Part shown: positions 24,573 to 33,435 of the stretch, one piece after another
Numbering within the stretch: the first letter of the stretch is position 1
Layout of the letters: every line of letters starts with the position of its first letter
From: Acidobacteriota bacterium
Lineage (GTDB): Bacteria; Acidobacteriota; Vicinamibacteria; Vicinamibacterales; UBA2999
Direction of reading: 5' to 3'
Assembly: GCA_032156805.1 (NCBI GenBank)
Contig: JALDXQ010000009.1
Coordinates: 3,540 to 67,539, forward strand
DNA: 64,000 nt
Program-made: the position numbers and the translations under genes
Notes under the pieces: generated by a model
The model's database searches: none
The model's input: the letters and a program-made list of their open reading frames with translations, nothing else
Told to the model about the DNA's origin: nothing

Positions 24573-26603
24573 TCAGTCGAGGGTCGCTACTGAAACGACT
24601 GGGATATGTGCCGGAACCTCGTTGTGCGATAGCACCCCTAAGTGCGGCAGCACCCGCGCAAACAGCCTCCACAAGTGAGGCCGTAGTGTTGGAGAGCACA
24701 ACAGCACGGGTTGTGCCACAGCTTGTTCGAGCGCACGCGCGATGCGCGAGGCGATGTTCTGGGCCTGTTGGGGGTCGAGCGCGAGGATGGCGCCATGGTC
24801 CGTCCGGACGAGCGACGCCAAGAGTCGCTCTTCCAGCACCGGTGCAACTCCGATAACCGGCAGCTCGCCCTTCTCGGTTTGATACGTCCGGCAAATCGCG
24901 CGGCCAATCGAGCCACGGACCGCTTCGGTGATCGCGTCGGGATCCTTCGTCACCATCGCGGCATCGGCAATGGCTTCGAGGATCGTCGTCAGATCTCTCA
25001 CCGGGACGCGTTCACGCAGCAGCTGCCGCAGGACGCGTTGAATCTCGCCGAGCGACACCAGCTTGGGCACGAGGTCTTCGACCAGCCGCGGCGAGGATTG
25101 CGCAATCTGGTCCACCATTTCCTTGACTTGCTGACGGCTCAAGAGGTCGGGCAGAAATGCGCGGATGGTCTCCGACAAATGGGTCGACAGTGCGGTCGTC
25201 GAATCCACGACGGTGTAGCCGGCCGCTGAGGCTGCCTCGCGCTGCTCCTGTGTAATCCACGTGGCCGGCAGGCCGAAGGCGGGTTCCTTGGTTTGCGTGC
25301 CGTCGATCGTCTTGGTGACCGTCCCGGGGTTGATGGCCAGGAGACGTTCGGGATAGAGCTCTCCGCGCGCCACCTCGACACCCTTCACGAGGATGCTGTA
25401 CGCGCGTGGTCCGAGTTGCAGGTTGTCTGCGATCCGCACGGGCGGCACGACGAGACCGGTCTCGGTCGCGATCTGCTTGCGAATCGATCGCACCCGTGTC
25501 AGCAGCGTTCCTCCCTGGCGTTCGTCGACGAGGCTCACGAGGGCATAGCCGACATCGACACCAAGGGGATCCACGGCGACCGTGGGCTCCGCGGTATCGC
25601 CTGACGGCGCGGCAGACTCGGGGCTGACGTCCTCGGTCGGCCGCGTCCGTACGGCGTAAGCCGCAGCACCAAGGACTGCCGCGACCGTCAGGAACGAGAG
25701 CTTTGGCAGGCCTGGAATCAACGCGAGCAACGTGAGAACCCCGGCGGCGACGCCGAGCGGACGAGATCGCTCGAGCAGCTGCACGGCGACCTCTTCACCG
25801 AGGTGAGATTCGGCGGCTGCGCGCGTCGTGATGAGGCCGCCGGCCATCGACACGAGCAGCGCCGGGATGGCCGTGACCAGTCCTTCCCCAACGGTCAGAA
25901 TCGTGTAGGTTTCTGCGGCCGTGGCCAGGTCCATGTCGTGCTGCCACACGCCGATGATCAGCCCGGCCACGATGTTGACCGCCGTGATGAGGACGGCGGC
26001 GAGCGCATCACGCTGAGTGAACCGGATGGCACCGTCCATCGCGCCGTAGAAGTCCGCCTCGCGCCGCAGTCGATCGCGACGGTCGCGGGCTTCGGTATCG
26101 GTGATCGCACCTGATGACAGATCGGCGTCGATCGCCATCTGACGGCCTGGCAACGCATCGAGGGTGAAGCGGGCCGTGACTTCCGAGATACGAACCGCGC
26201 CGTGGTTGATGACGATGTACTGGATCGCGATCAACACGAGGAAGACGACGACACCCACGACGAAGTTGCCACCCACAACGAACTGGCCGAAGGCCATGAT
26301 GACGTGGCCGGCGGCCTCGATGCCGTCGCCTCCGTTGAGCAGCACGAGGCGCGTGGACGCGACGTTCAGCGACAAACGGATCAGTGTGAGCAACAGCAGC
26401 AGTGATGGAAAGACCGAGAATTCCACCGGCTGTCGCACGTAGATGGCGGTGAGCAGCAGCACCACGGCCAGACCGATGTCGATCGACAGCAGCAGGTCGA
26501 GCAGCAGCGTCGGCAGCGGGACGATCATCAGCAACACGACCGCCATGACGGCGATCGGCGCAATCAGGTGACTGGCGCGATTGGGCGTGGTCTTGGTCGG
26601 CAT
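24573..26603 (-). CDS. flhA: Flagellar export gate protein FlhA
   Basis: FPSLLLLLTLIRLSLNVASTRLVLL and AGHVIMAFGQFVVGGN. 676 aa. Confidence 0.95.
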   Translation of the reverse strand: MPTKTTPNRASHLIAPIAVMAVVLLMIVPLPTLLLDLLLSIDIGLAVVLLLTAIYVRQPVEFSVFPSLLLLLTLIRLSLNVASTRLVLLNGGDGIEAAGHVIMAFGQFVVGGNFVVGVVVFLVLIAIQYIVINHGAVRISEVTARFTLDALPGRQMAIDADLSSGAITDTEARDRRDRLRREADFYGAMDGAIRFTQRDALAAVLITAVNIVAGLIIGVWQHDMDLATAAETYTILTVGEGLVTAIPALLVSMAGGLITTRAAAESHLGEEVAVQLLERSRPLGVAAGVLTLLALIPGLPKLSFLTVAAVLGAAAYAVRTRPTEDVSPESAAPSGDTAEPTVAVDPLGVDVGYALVSLVDERQGGTLLTRVRSIRKQIATETGLVVPPVRIADNLQLGPRAYSILVKGVEVARGELYPERLLAINPGTVTKTIDGTQTKEPAFGLPATWITQEQREAASAAGYTVVDSTTALSTHLSETIRAFLPDLLSRQQVKEMVDQIAQSSPRLVEDLVPKLVSLGEIQRVLRQLLRERVPVRDLTTILEAIADAAMVTKDPDAITEAVRGSIGRAICRTYQTEKGELPVIGVAPVLEERLLASLVRTDHGAILALDPQQAQNIASRIARALEQAVAQPVLLCSPTLRPHLWRLFARVLPHLGVLSHNEVPAHIPVVSVATLD

Positions 26604-26604
26604 A

Positions 26605-27669
26605 TCAGAGCATCAGCTGCTTGATTCGAACCAGGTAGGCCAGGACTTCTGCGACCGCGCCAAACAGCGGCCCCGGGATGGTCTGACCGATTTCGGCCGT
26701 GCGGAAAAGCGCCTGCGCGAGCGGCTTGTTCTCGACGATGGGGACGCCGTGATAGCGGGCCACGTCGCGAATGCGTAGTGCCACGTGATCGGCGCCCATC
26801 GCCAGCACCCGCGGCGCCGGCATCGTGTCGCGGCGGTATTCGATGGCAACGGCGAAGTGGGTGGGGTTGGTGATGACGACTGTCGCGCGCGCGACGTCCT
26901 GCATCATCCGGCGCCGTGACAAGTCGAACTGCGCCTTGCGGACGCGCCGCTTGTTCTCGGGGCTCCCCTCCATCATCTTGTGTTCGTCTTTCACTTCTTG
27001 CTTGGTCATCTTGAGAGAGCTCGTCAGGCGGTATTGCTGAAGCGCGTAGTCACCGAGCGCGAGGATCCCGAGCGCCCACGCCACTCGCCACAGCAGCGTC
27101 TCGGTGTGCACCCACCCTTGTGCCGCTGCGCCGAACGGCGTCAGCCACGCGAGCTGCGGCGATTCCACGATGAACGACCCGACGATCCGCCAGGCCAGCC
27201 AGGTGATGACGGACACCGAGATCAGGGTCTTGATCGTCTCGATCCCCGACTGCATCAATCCGAGCTTCTTGATGCCGTTGGCGGGATTCAGTCGCGACCA
27301 GTTGAGATGTAACGCGTTGGGCGCAAACACCCAGCCACCCTGAAAGCCGTGCATGCCGACGCCGACGACCATCGTGGCAATCGCAATCGGACCCACGAGC
27401 AGCCCGATCAGCATCGCGCCCTGGAACACGTGCGACGTGAGGTCGCCAGCCGCGATCGGTTCGAGCGGGGCGTCACCGAAGTGAGCGAGATCCGCGGCCA
27501 GCCGCTCCGCAAGGCCGTCGATCAGGCGGCGGCCGAGACGAGCCAGGGCGATCGTCGCCGCTACCGCCGCTGCGGCGAGCGCAAGATCGCGGCTGCGCGC
27601 GACCTGCCCCTTCTCGCGCGCATCCTGCAGGCGTTTTGCTGTGGGTTGTTCTGTGCGGTCCTGCGACAT
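26605..27669 (-). CDS. flhB: Flagellar export switch protein FlhB
   Basis: MSQDRTEQPTAKRLQDAREKGQVARSRDL, and the NPTH autocleavage site in VVITNPTHFAVAI. Confidence 0.95.
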   Translation of the reverse strand: MSQDRTEQPTAKRLQDAREKGQVARSRDLALAAAAVAATIALARLGRRLIDGLAERLAADLAHFGDAPLEPIAAGDLTSHVFQGAMLIGLLVGPIAIATMVVGVGMHGFQGGWVFAPNALHLNWSRLNPANGIKKLGLMQSGIETIKTLISVSVITWLAWRIVGSFIVESPQLAWLTPFGAAAQGWVHTETLLWRVAWALGILALGDYALQQYRLTSSLKMTKQEVKDEHKMMEGSPENKRRVRKAQFDLSRRRMMQDVARATVVITNPTHFAVAIEYRRDTMPAPRVLAMGADHVALRIRDVARYHGVPIVENKPLAQALFRTAEIGQTIPGPLFGAVAEVLAYLVRIKQLML

Positions 27670-27673
27670 GTGA

Positions 27674-28429
27674 CTACCTGAACGCAGCCGCCAGGCTCAG
27701 ACCGAGTTCGATCGTGCGTTCGACCACGGAGGCGATGACCTGCGGAACCGTGCCGATCGTCACCGCCAGCACGAACAGGCCAACGAGCAGCCGCACGGGA
27801 TAGCCGACGACCATGAAGTTCAGCGAAGGAGCGGACCGCGACACCAGGCCGACGGCGAGTTCGACCAGCAGCAGCACGAGCACGAGCGGAGCCGCCAGGC
27901 GCACACCGACAGTGAAGATGAGACCGAGCATCTCGCGCACGCCGGTAAGAATCGATTCGCCCACTTGACCGCCGCCGATCGGTAGCCCTTCGTATGAGGC
28001 GACCATCGCACGCAGGATCTGGTGATGGCCGTTGACGGCGAAGAAGGCCAGCATCGCGAGCAACCCGTAGAGCGAGGTGATGACGGAGTTGCGCACACCG
28101 CTGACCGGATCGATCGTCGCGGCATAGGAGAATCCAAGCTGGTAGCCGCCGAGGTGCCCGCCCAGTTCAGCGGCCGAGATGAGTGCCCTGACCGCGAGCC
28201 CCAGCGACAGACCGATCACGATTTCGCGAGCGATGATGAGCGTGAGCGAGACGTCGCTGGTCAAGGCCGGGACTGCCACCGTGGGCGCCAGGACGACCGC
28301 CAGGAGAACGGTAATCGCCACCTTGACGGGAGTCGGCGCGAAGGTACCGCCGAGCGCCGGCGCGACCATCACCAGCATCCCCGGGCGCACGAGGAGCAAC
28401 CCGAACCTGATCACCACCGACAGGTCCAT
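27674..28429 (-). CDS. fliR: Flagellar export protein FliR
   Basis: 251-aa polytopic membrane protein in the fliPQR position. FGLLLVRPGMLVMVAP pattern. Confidence 0.85.
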   Translation of the reverse strand: MDLSVVIRFGLLLVRPGMLVMVAPALGGTFAPTPVKVAITVLLAVVLAPTVAVPALTSDVSLTLIIAREIVIGLSLGLAVRALISAAELGGHLGGYQLGFSYAATIDPVSGVRNSVITSLYGLLAMLAFFAVNGHHQILRAMVASYEGLPIGGGQVGESILTGVREMLGLIFTVGVRLAAPLVLVLLLVELAVGLVSRSAPSLNFMVVGYPVRLLVGLFVLAVTIGTVPQVIASVVERTIELGLSLAAAFR

Positions 28430-28698
28430 CAGCGGATGAACTCCGGAAGGCGGAAGATCAGGTCACGCGAAAAGCCGGTGACCACTCGAAGGATCCAGGG
28501 AAACGTCAGCGCAAACACCGCGAAGATCGCGGCAGCGCGCGGGATGAACGCGAGGACGTTGTCCTGGATCGAGGTGACCGTCTGAAAGATGCTCACCAGC
28601 ACGCCGGCAATCAGGCCAGCCACCAGCATCGGCAGGCTGACCATGATCGCGACCTCGATCGCCTGACGGACCGTACCAACGACCAGCGACTCGGGCAT
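28429..28698 (-). CDS. fliQ: Flagellar export protein FliQ
   Basis: Trimmed to the ATG at 28698 (89 aa), 1 nt after the fliP stop. LVSIFQTVTSIQDNVLAFIPR matches the FliQ core. Confidence 0.85.
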   Translation of the reverse strand: MPESLVVGTVRQAIEVAIMVSLPMLVAGLIAGVLVSIFQTVTSIQDNVLAFIPRAAAIFAVFALTFPWILRVVTGFSRDLIFRLPEFIR

Positions 28699-28699
28699 G

Positions 28700-29362
28700 T
28701 CAGACGAAGCTCCGGACAATCGACCCGACAACGAGGTTCCAGCCGTCGATCATCACGAACAGGAGCACCTTGAAGGGCAGCGACACCATCGCTGGCGGCA
28801 TCTGCAACATGCCCATCGACAGCAGCGTCGTCGAGACGACGAGGTCGATGAGCAGGAACGGAATGAACAGGAAGAACCCCATCTGAAAGCCGGTCTTCAG
28901 CTCCGAGATGACGTAGGCGGGGATCACGACCCGCATCGGCAGTTCTGCGGCGGTCTCCGGTTTCTCGATCTTGCCAAGCTCGATAAAGAGCGCCAGGTCG
29001 GCTTCCCGGGTCTGCCGCAGCATGAAGTCGCGAAGCGGTGGCGTGCCGAGCTCGAGTGCCTGGGTCACACTCACCTTCCCCGCCATGGCCGGCTCGAGCG
29101 CGAGCTCGTTGATACGCGCACCTACCGGCGCCATGATGAACATCGTCAGGAACAGCGACAGCCCGATGAGAATCTGGCTGGACGGCATCTCCTGTGTGCC
29201 CAGTGCCTGCCGCAGGAAGTGAAAGATGATCGTGATCCGCGTGAACGAGGTCATCGTCACGAGGATGGCCGGCAAGAACGAAATCAGCGTCAGGAGAAGG
29301 ACGATCTGAAGCGGAGCCGAGATCGTGCCGATTCCGTTTACCTGGAGATCGAGGTTGTTCAC
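28700..29362 (-). CDS. fliP: Flagellar export protein FliP
   Basis: TSFTRITIIFHFLRQALGTQEMPSSQILIGLSLFLTMFIMAPV is the conserved FliP core. Confidence 0.95.
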   Translation of the reverse strand: MNNLDLQVNGIGTISAPLQIVLLLTLISFLPAILVTMTSFTRITIIFHFLRQALGTQEMPSSQILIGLSLFLTMFIMAPVGARINELALEPAMAGKVSVTQALELGTPPLRDFMLRQTREADLALFIELGKIEKPETAAELPMRVVIPAYVISELKTGFQMGFFLFIPFLLIDLVVSTTLLSMGMLQMPPAMVSLPFKVLLFVMIDGWNLVVGSIVRSFV

Positions 29363-29631
29363 TGCCGGGCACCAGACAATTCGTTGAGTGCCGGCGTGTC
29401 AGAGCGAAGCTCTGTCACGAGCGAGATGTTCGTGGTCGTCATACCGAGCAGAAGACGACGCCCTTCGACCGACACGATGACCAGCGAGCGCCGCTCGCCC
29501 AGCGGGATGGCGGTTTCGACCTGGACCGGCTTGCCAGTGGCCGCCAGGCGTGCGAGCGGACTGCGCCGCACGAGCCACGCGAGCGTGGCCACCAATGCGA
29601 GCACGATCAGCGTCGCAAGGAAAGCGTTCAC
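29359..29631 (-). CDS. fliO: Flagellar protein FliO
   Basis: I start it at GTG 29631, which overlaps the fliN stop (GTGA) and has GGAG 11 nt upstream. VNAFLATLIVLALVATLAWLV forms a TM helix, followed by GERRSLVIVSVEGRRLLLG. The track ORF 29359..29853 overlaps fliN. Confidence 0.7.
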   Translation of the reverse strand: MNAFLATLIVLALVATLAWLVRRSPLARLAATGKPVQVETAIPLGERRSLVIVSVEGRRLLLGMTTTNISLVTELRSDTPALNELSGARQ

Positions 29632-29915
29632 ACCGCGGTCTCCGCGCTGGGCGGCGCGACGATCTCGGTGAGTCGCACGGCGGTGCTGTCGTCGATGATG
29701 ACGACTTCGCCGTTGGCGACGGGCACACCGTTGATCACGACCTGCATGTCGCTGCCGGCCGACTGATCGAGGCGGATGACGCTGTGCCGCTTCATGTACA
29801 GGCAGTCGCGCACCGAGATGGTGGCCGTCCCAAGCCAGACGTCGACGCTGCACGTCACGTCACTGAGTGGCTGCAGTTCGGCGTTACTGAACAACGAATT
29901 CGACGAAGAGGACAT
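29628..29915 (-). CDS. fliN: Flagellar switch protein FliN (short SpoA-domain form)
   Basis: VDVWLGTATISVRDCLYMKRHSVIRLDQSAGSDMQVVINGVPVANGEVVIIDD is a SpoA/FliN domain. Confidence 0.85.
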   Translation of the reverse strand: MSSSSNSLFSNAELQPLSDVTCSVDVWLGTATISVRDCLYMKRHSVIRLDQSAGSDMQVVINGVPVANGEVVIIDDSTAVRLTEIVAPPSAETAV

Positions 29916-30378
29916 CGGTTACCTTCAATTCCTCGCCGGCGGTTTCAGTCGCACGCTCGGCAATGGCTTTCTTGAGTTCGTCCTTGCCCTCCGGCGTGAC
30001 CAGCGGCGCCGCGTACTGCAGCGAGAGCAATTCCAGAATGGCGGAGCGAAGACGGGCGCCGACGACGGCGTTTTCCTTCAGCTCGGTGGCCTGGTGCTCA
30101 TCCCACGTGAGCAACTTCATATGGAGGCGCAGGAACCGGTTGCCGCTTTCGTCGGCAAGGTTGACGATGAACGGGTCCATGTCGAAGACGCCGGGCGTCG
30201 GTGGCGGCTCCGGCTCGGCCTCGGCCGCTTCGGCGCCACGGTGCGTGTACATCCAGTACCCACCGGCGCCTCCACCTGCCAGCAACGTGAATAGAACGGC
30301 GAGGATGAGAACGAGCTTCGATTTCTTCTTCGGCTTGGCCGCGGCGTCCTGCTTATCTGCCTTCTCGGGTTCTGACAT
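29884..30378 (-). CDS. fliL: Flagellar basal-body-associated protein FliL
   Basis: N-terminal TM LVLILAVLFTLLAGGG, then FDMDPFIVNLADESGNRFLRLHMKL and VTDVLFVEFVVQ. Confidence 0.85.
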   Translation of the reverse strand: MSEPEKADKQDAAAKPKKKSKLVLILAVLFTLLAGGGAGGYWMYTHRGAEAAEAEPEPPPTPGVFDMDPFIVNLADESGNRFLRLHMKLLTWDEHQATELKENAVVGARLRSAILELLSLQYAAPLVTPEGKDELKKAIAERATETAGEELKVTDVLFVEFVVQ

Positions 30379-30406
30379 GATCGCTTTCCGTCCTGATGAC
30401 GGCTGA

Positions 30407-30421
30407 GCAAGCCAAGTACCG
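30407..30421 (-). promoter_or_regulatory. Candidate sigma-54 promoter upstream of fliL
   Basis: The minus strand reads CGGTAC-TTGGC-TTGCTCA (GG-N10-GC spacing, one mismatch in the -24 box). The -12 element lies about 29 nt before the fliL ATG. Confidence 0.45.
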
Positions 30422-30524
30422 CGATTGGAAGGCGATAACCGTCGAAAACAGGCGAAATTTCGTGAGTTATGAGGACGCAGCGCCGACCGACTGTCGGGCC
30501 GCCGTCACTCTTCGAGTGGCCAAG

Positions 30525-30608
30525 TCAACTCCCAACCTCCAACCTCCAATTCCCAATGGGCGAGGCGCGGGGACGTTTGGGAGTTGGGAGCTGGAATTTG
30601 GGAGTTGA
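30525..30608. terminator. Long imperfect hairpin built from CCAAYTCC-type oligomers, directly after the fliK stop
   Basis: Left arm TCAACTCCCAACCTCCAACCTCCAATTCCCAA and right arm TTGGGAGTTGGGAGCTGGAATTTGGGAGTTGA, with about 6 mismatches over 32 bp. Confidence 0.6.
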
Positions 30609-30612
30609 GTCG

Positions 30613-32025
30613 TTACACCACGACTTCGAAGACGGGTTGGTCGCCCTGTGGCCCGCGTTGCGGCTGACGTTTTCGTGGAGAGCGTTCCCGGGGATCTTCG
30701 TGCGACGCCTGCCGCTGACCATCGGGTTCCACGTCGAAACGATCGAGCCGGAGCCCATGCTCGGCAAGCGCACTGCGTAGTGTGTCTTGCTGCGATTCGA
30801 GCCACTGGCGCACGGCCGGCATGTCGGCCTGCACGTTCGCCTTGATCCCACCGTTCTCGACACGCAGCGAAATCGCCACCGAACCCAGGTGCTCGGGCTT
30901 CAGCTTCAGCACGGCCTCGCCGATGCCATCACGGAACTGCAGCCGCAATGACTGGACGATCTGCATCGCCACGTCCTGCTCACGAGGAGCAACGGGACCG
31001 CCCGATAAGAGACTCGTCTCCGACGAGGCGATCACACCTGCCACGCGTGAATCATGGTGTGCCGGCGCAACGACGCTGAACGCGGAAGTCGTGGGAGACT
31101 GAGCGCCCGCATGAGCCACTTGCGGCAACTGCTCGCGCAGCCAGTCACCGAATGACGGCTGATGGTCCGCACCCTGATCGAACGACTGACCATGTTCACC
31201 GGATGCCACCGCGGCGCGATGCGGCGCGGATCCATCCGCCGCACGCTCGAGCGCGCGCGCCAGACGTGCGGCCACACCCTTGTGATTCGCGGTTGGTTCG
31301 ACCGGTGTGTCATTCGCCCCCGATGTGCCATTCGAGGCATCGCCCTCAGCCGCAGTGCCCTGCACATCGGCAGTCGCAATCGCCTGAGCCGCCGTCGCCG
31401 CCTGGGTTGCGACCGACGCTTCCGGGGTCTCGGGCATCGGCACCGCGGTGCCTGTCTCCTTCACTGTCTCGGTCGTGACTGGGCCGTTCGCCAGCGGCGC
31501 AATGTTCTCGATCTCAGATGCTGACTCGATCGCCGCGATATCGGCGTTCGCGGCCGGCATCGATTCCATCGCGACGCCGGCTGCGCTGTTCGTCACGCCG
31601 GCTGCGGATGCGATCTGAGGAGCAGTCGCCGTTGGATCGACCAGCGATGCGTGCGCTTTCGGCGATTCGCTCAGGCCATCGAACGACTCCGCGACGGGCG
31701 TCGCCACAGCGACTACTCCATCACTGGCGTCGATCGACGTGCCTTCCTCTTCCGACTCGACGTTGGTTGCGCCCGCCAACTGTCCCTCGGTCACCTCCTG
31801 CACCGGGATGACCGGAATGAAGGGTACGAGCACAGGGGCGGTGAGCCACTCGTCGACTGAGTCGTCGTCCGCGTCCTCGTCCACAGGCGATTCGGTCGAA
31901 TCGTCGGCGACAGCGTCGAGCAGTTCCGCGAACGATCCGGAACCCGTCGCCTCTTCCGATGTCGCGTTGGCTGGGTCAGCGGTCGGCGCCGCATTGGGCG
32001 CCGAGCTCACTATTTCGATCTGCAT
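30613..32025 (-). CDS. fliK: Hook-length control protein FliK
   Basis: The C-terminal Flg_hook domain reads LKLKPEHLGSVAISLRVENGGIKANVQADMPAVRQWLESQQDTLRSAL. The N-terminal region is Ala/Thr/Pro-rich and low in complexity. Confidence 0.85.
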   Translation of the reverse strand: MQIEIVSSAPNAAPTADPANATSEEATGSGSFAELLDAVADDSTESPVDEDADDDSVDEWLTAPVLVPFIPVIPVQEVTEGQLAGATNVESEEEGTSIDASDGVVAVATPVAESFDGLSESPKAHASLVDPTATAPQIASAAGVTNSAAGVAMESMPAANADIAAIESASEIENIAPLANGPVTTETVKETGTAVPMPETPEASVATQAATAAQAIATADVQGTAAEGDASNGTSGANDTPVEPTANHKGVAARLARALERAADGSAPHRAAVASGEHGQSFDQGADHQPSFGDWLREQLPQVAHAGAQSPTTSAFSVVAPAHHDSRVAGVIASSETSLLSGGPVAPREQDVAMQIVQSLRLQFRDGIGEAVLKLKPEHLGSVAISLRVENGGIKANVQADMPAVRQWLESQQDTLRSALAEHGLRLDRFDVEPDGQRQASHEDPRERSPRKRQPQRGPQGDQPVFEVVV

Positions 32026-32043
32026 GATCGTTTTGATAATCCG

Positions 32044-32095
32044 TTACGTGGGCCGGTCCCTGTTCTTTGCCCTTCGACGATGCTCAGGGCACCCG
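32044..32095 (-). repeat. Conserved ~55-nt intergenic element, copy B (upstream of fliK)
   Basis: TTTGCCCTTCGACGATGCTCAGGGCACCC plus flanks aligns with 18131-18185. Confidence 0.75.
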
Positions 32096-32102
32096 GCGAT
32101 CA

Positions 32103-32128
32103 GGCGGGTCTATACAGCAAGACCCGCC
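32103..32128. terminator. Hairpin just downstream of the flgE stop
   Basis: GGCGGGTC-TATACAGCAA-GACCCGCC: an 8-bp perfect stem with no T-tract. Confidence 0.5.
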
Positions 32129-32142
32129 CCTGCTACCGTGCG

Positions 32143-33435
32143 TTATCTCTTCAGATTCAACGTATCCATCAGCAGCTCGTCGGAGACGGTGATCGTCTTC
32201 GAGTTCGCCTGGTAGCCGCGCTGCGCGAGAATCATCTGCGTGAACTCCTGCGCGATGTCGACGTTGGACTGCTCGAGCGCCGAACCGATCAGCGTGCCGC
32301 GTCCGCCGGTGCCGGCAACGCCAACGTTCGGGATACCCGCTGCCTGGCTCTCGCCGTAACGATTCGAGCCGAGCTTCACGAGACCCTTCGGATTGTTGAA
32401 GCTCGCGAGCGAAAGCTGACCCACGGCCACGGTCTGACCCGCGCCGAAGGTGGCGACGATCGAGCCGTCCGCGGTGATCGCAATGCTGTCGATCATGCCG
32501 GCGGCGGCGCCGTTCTGGCTCTTCGATGACGTCGCTGACGGAGACGCGTAGCCAGTCAGTGACACGACGCCGTTCGGATCGACGAGATCCCAGCTGATCG
32601 TGCTGGCCGCGGCACCGGTGGTCCATGCCGGAGTGGTGAACGACACGTCGGCGATAGTCGGCGCCGTGCCGCCGCCCGTTGACGGTGCGGTGGGCGTGAT
32701 TGAGGCAATCTGGCCCTGGCCATCGAAGGCCACCGCTCCGGCGGCGAGCACGAACGGAGTGCCGGCAGTTCCGCCGGTGACTTCTCCGCCGTCGACCGTG
32801 ACCTGGTAGCTCCAGCCGGTCGCTGTCCGCGTGTATTCAACCGTCGTGACGTGCGATGCACCGACCGAGTCATAGATCTGCACGGGCGTGTTGAACGTCG
32901 TGCCTACGACGGCATCGACGTCGAGATTGCTGAGCGTGCGAAACGCCGTCGTCGCCACCGGTTCACGCAGAACGCCGGGCGGCACGACGATGTCGGTCGG
33001 CTGGCTCGTCGTGATGATCTCTCCCGTCACCGGATCGGTGGCGGTATAACCCTGCACCCGGAATCCATCGGGCGTAACCAGTGCACCTTCGCTGTTCAGG
33101 CTGAAGTTGCCGGCGCGGGTGTAGGAGAGGCCGTTGTCGCCGCGCACGACGAAAAAGCCGTTCCCCTGGATTGCCACGTTGGTGGCTTCACGGGTGTTCT
33201 CGATCGCCCCCTGGCTGAAGACCGGCGAAATCGATCCAGTCACCACGCCAAGTCCGACCTGCATCGGGTTGGAGCTCGATCCACCGACGGTCTGGCTGAC
33301 CAGATCCATGAACGTCACCGCGCTCGACTTGAAGCCGATCGTGTTGATGTTCGCCAGGTTGTTTCCGATCACCGCCAGGTATTGCCCATTCGCGTTGAGG
33401 CCGGACAACCCGGCTGAAAATGAACCGACAGCCAT
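32143..33435 (-). CDS. flgE: Flagellar hook protein FlgE
   Basis: GLSGLNANGQYLAVIGNNLANINTIGFK at the N-terminus and ILAQRGYQANSKTITVSDELLMDTLNLKR at the C-terminus. Confidence 0.95.
   Translation of the reverse strand: MAVGSFSAGLSGLNANGQYLAVIGNNLANINTIGFKSSAVTFMDLVSQTVGGSSSNPMQVGLGVVTGSISPVFSQGAIENTREATNVAIQGNGFFVVRGDNGLSYTRAGNFSLNSEGALVTPDGFRVQGYTATDPVTGEIITTSQPTDIVVPPGVLREPVATTAFRTLSNLDVDAVVGTTFNTPVQIYDSVGASHVTTVEYTRTATGWSYQVTVDGGEVTGGTAGTPFVLAAGAVAFDGQGQIASITPTAPSTGGGTAPTIADVSFTTPAWTTGAAASTISWDLVDPNGVVSLTGYASPSATSSKSQNGAAAGMIDSIAITADGSIVATFGAGQTVAVGQLSLASFNNPKGLVKLGSNRYGESQAAGIPNVGVAGTGGRGTLIGSALEQSNVDIAQEFTQMILAQRGYQANSKTITVSDELLMDTLNLKR

Noticed and set aside
29359-29853. A 164-aa version of FliO.
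   Set aside because: Its first ~74 codons overlap the fliN coding region in another frame and are Arg-rich. A GTG with GGAG upstream, at the fliN stop, gives a typical ~90-aa FliO.
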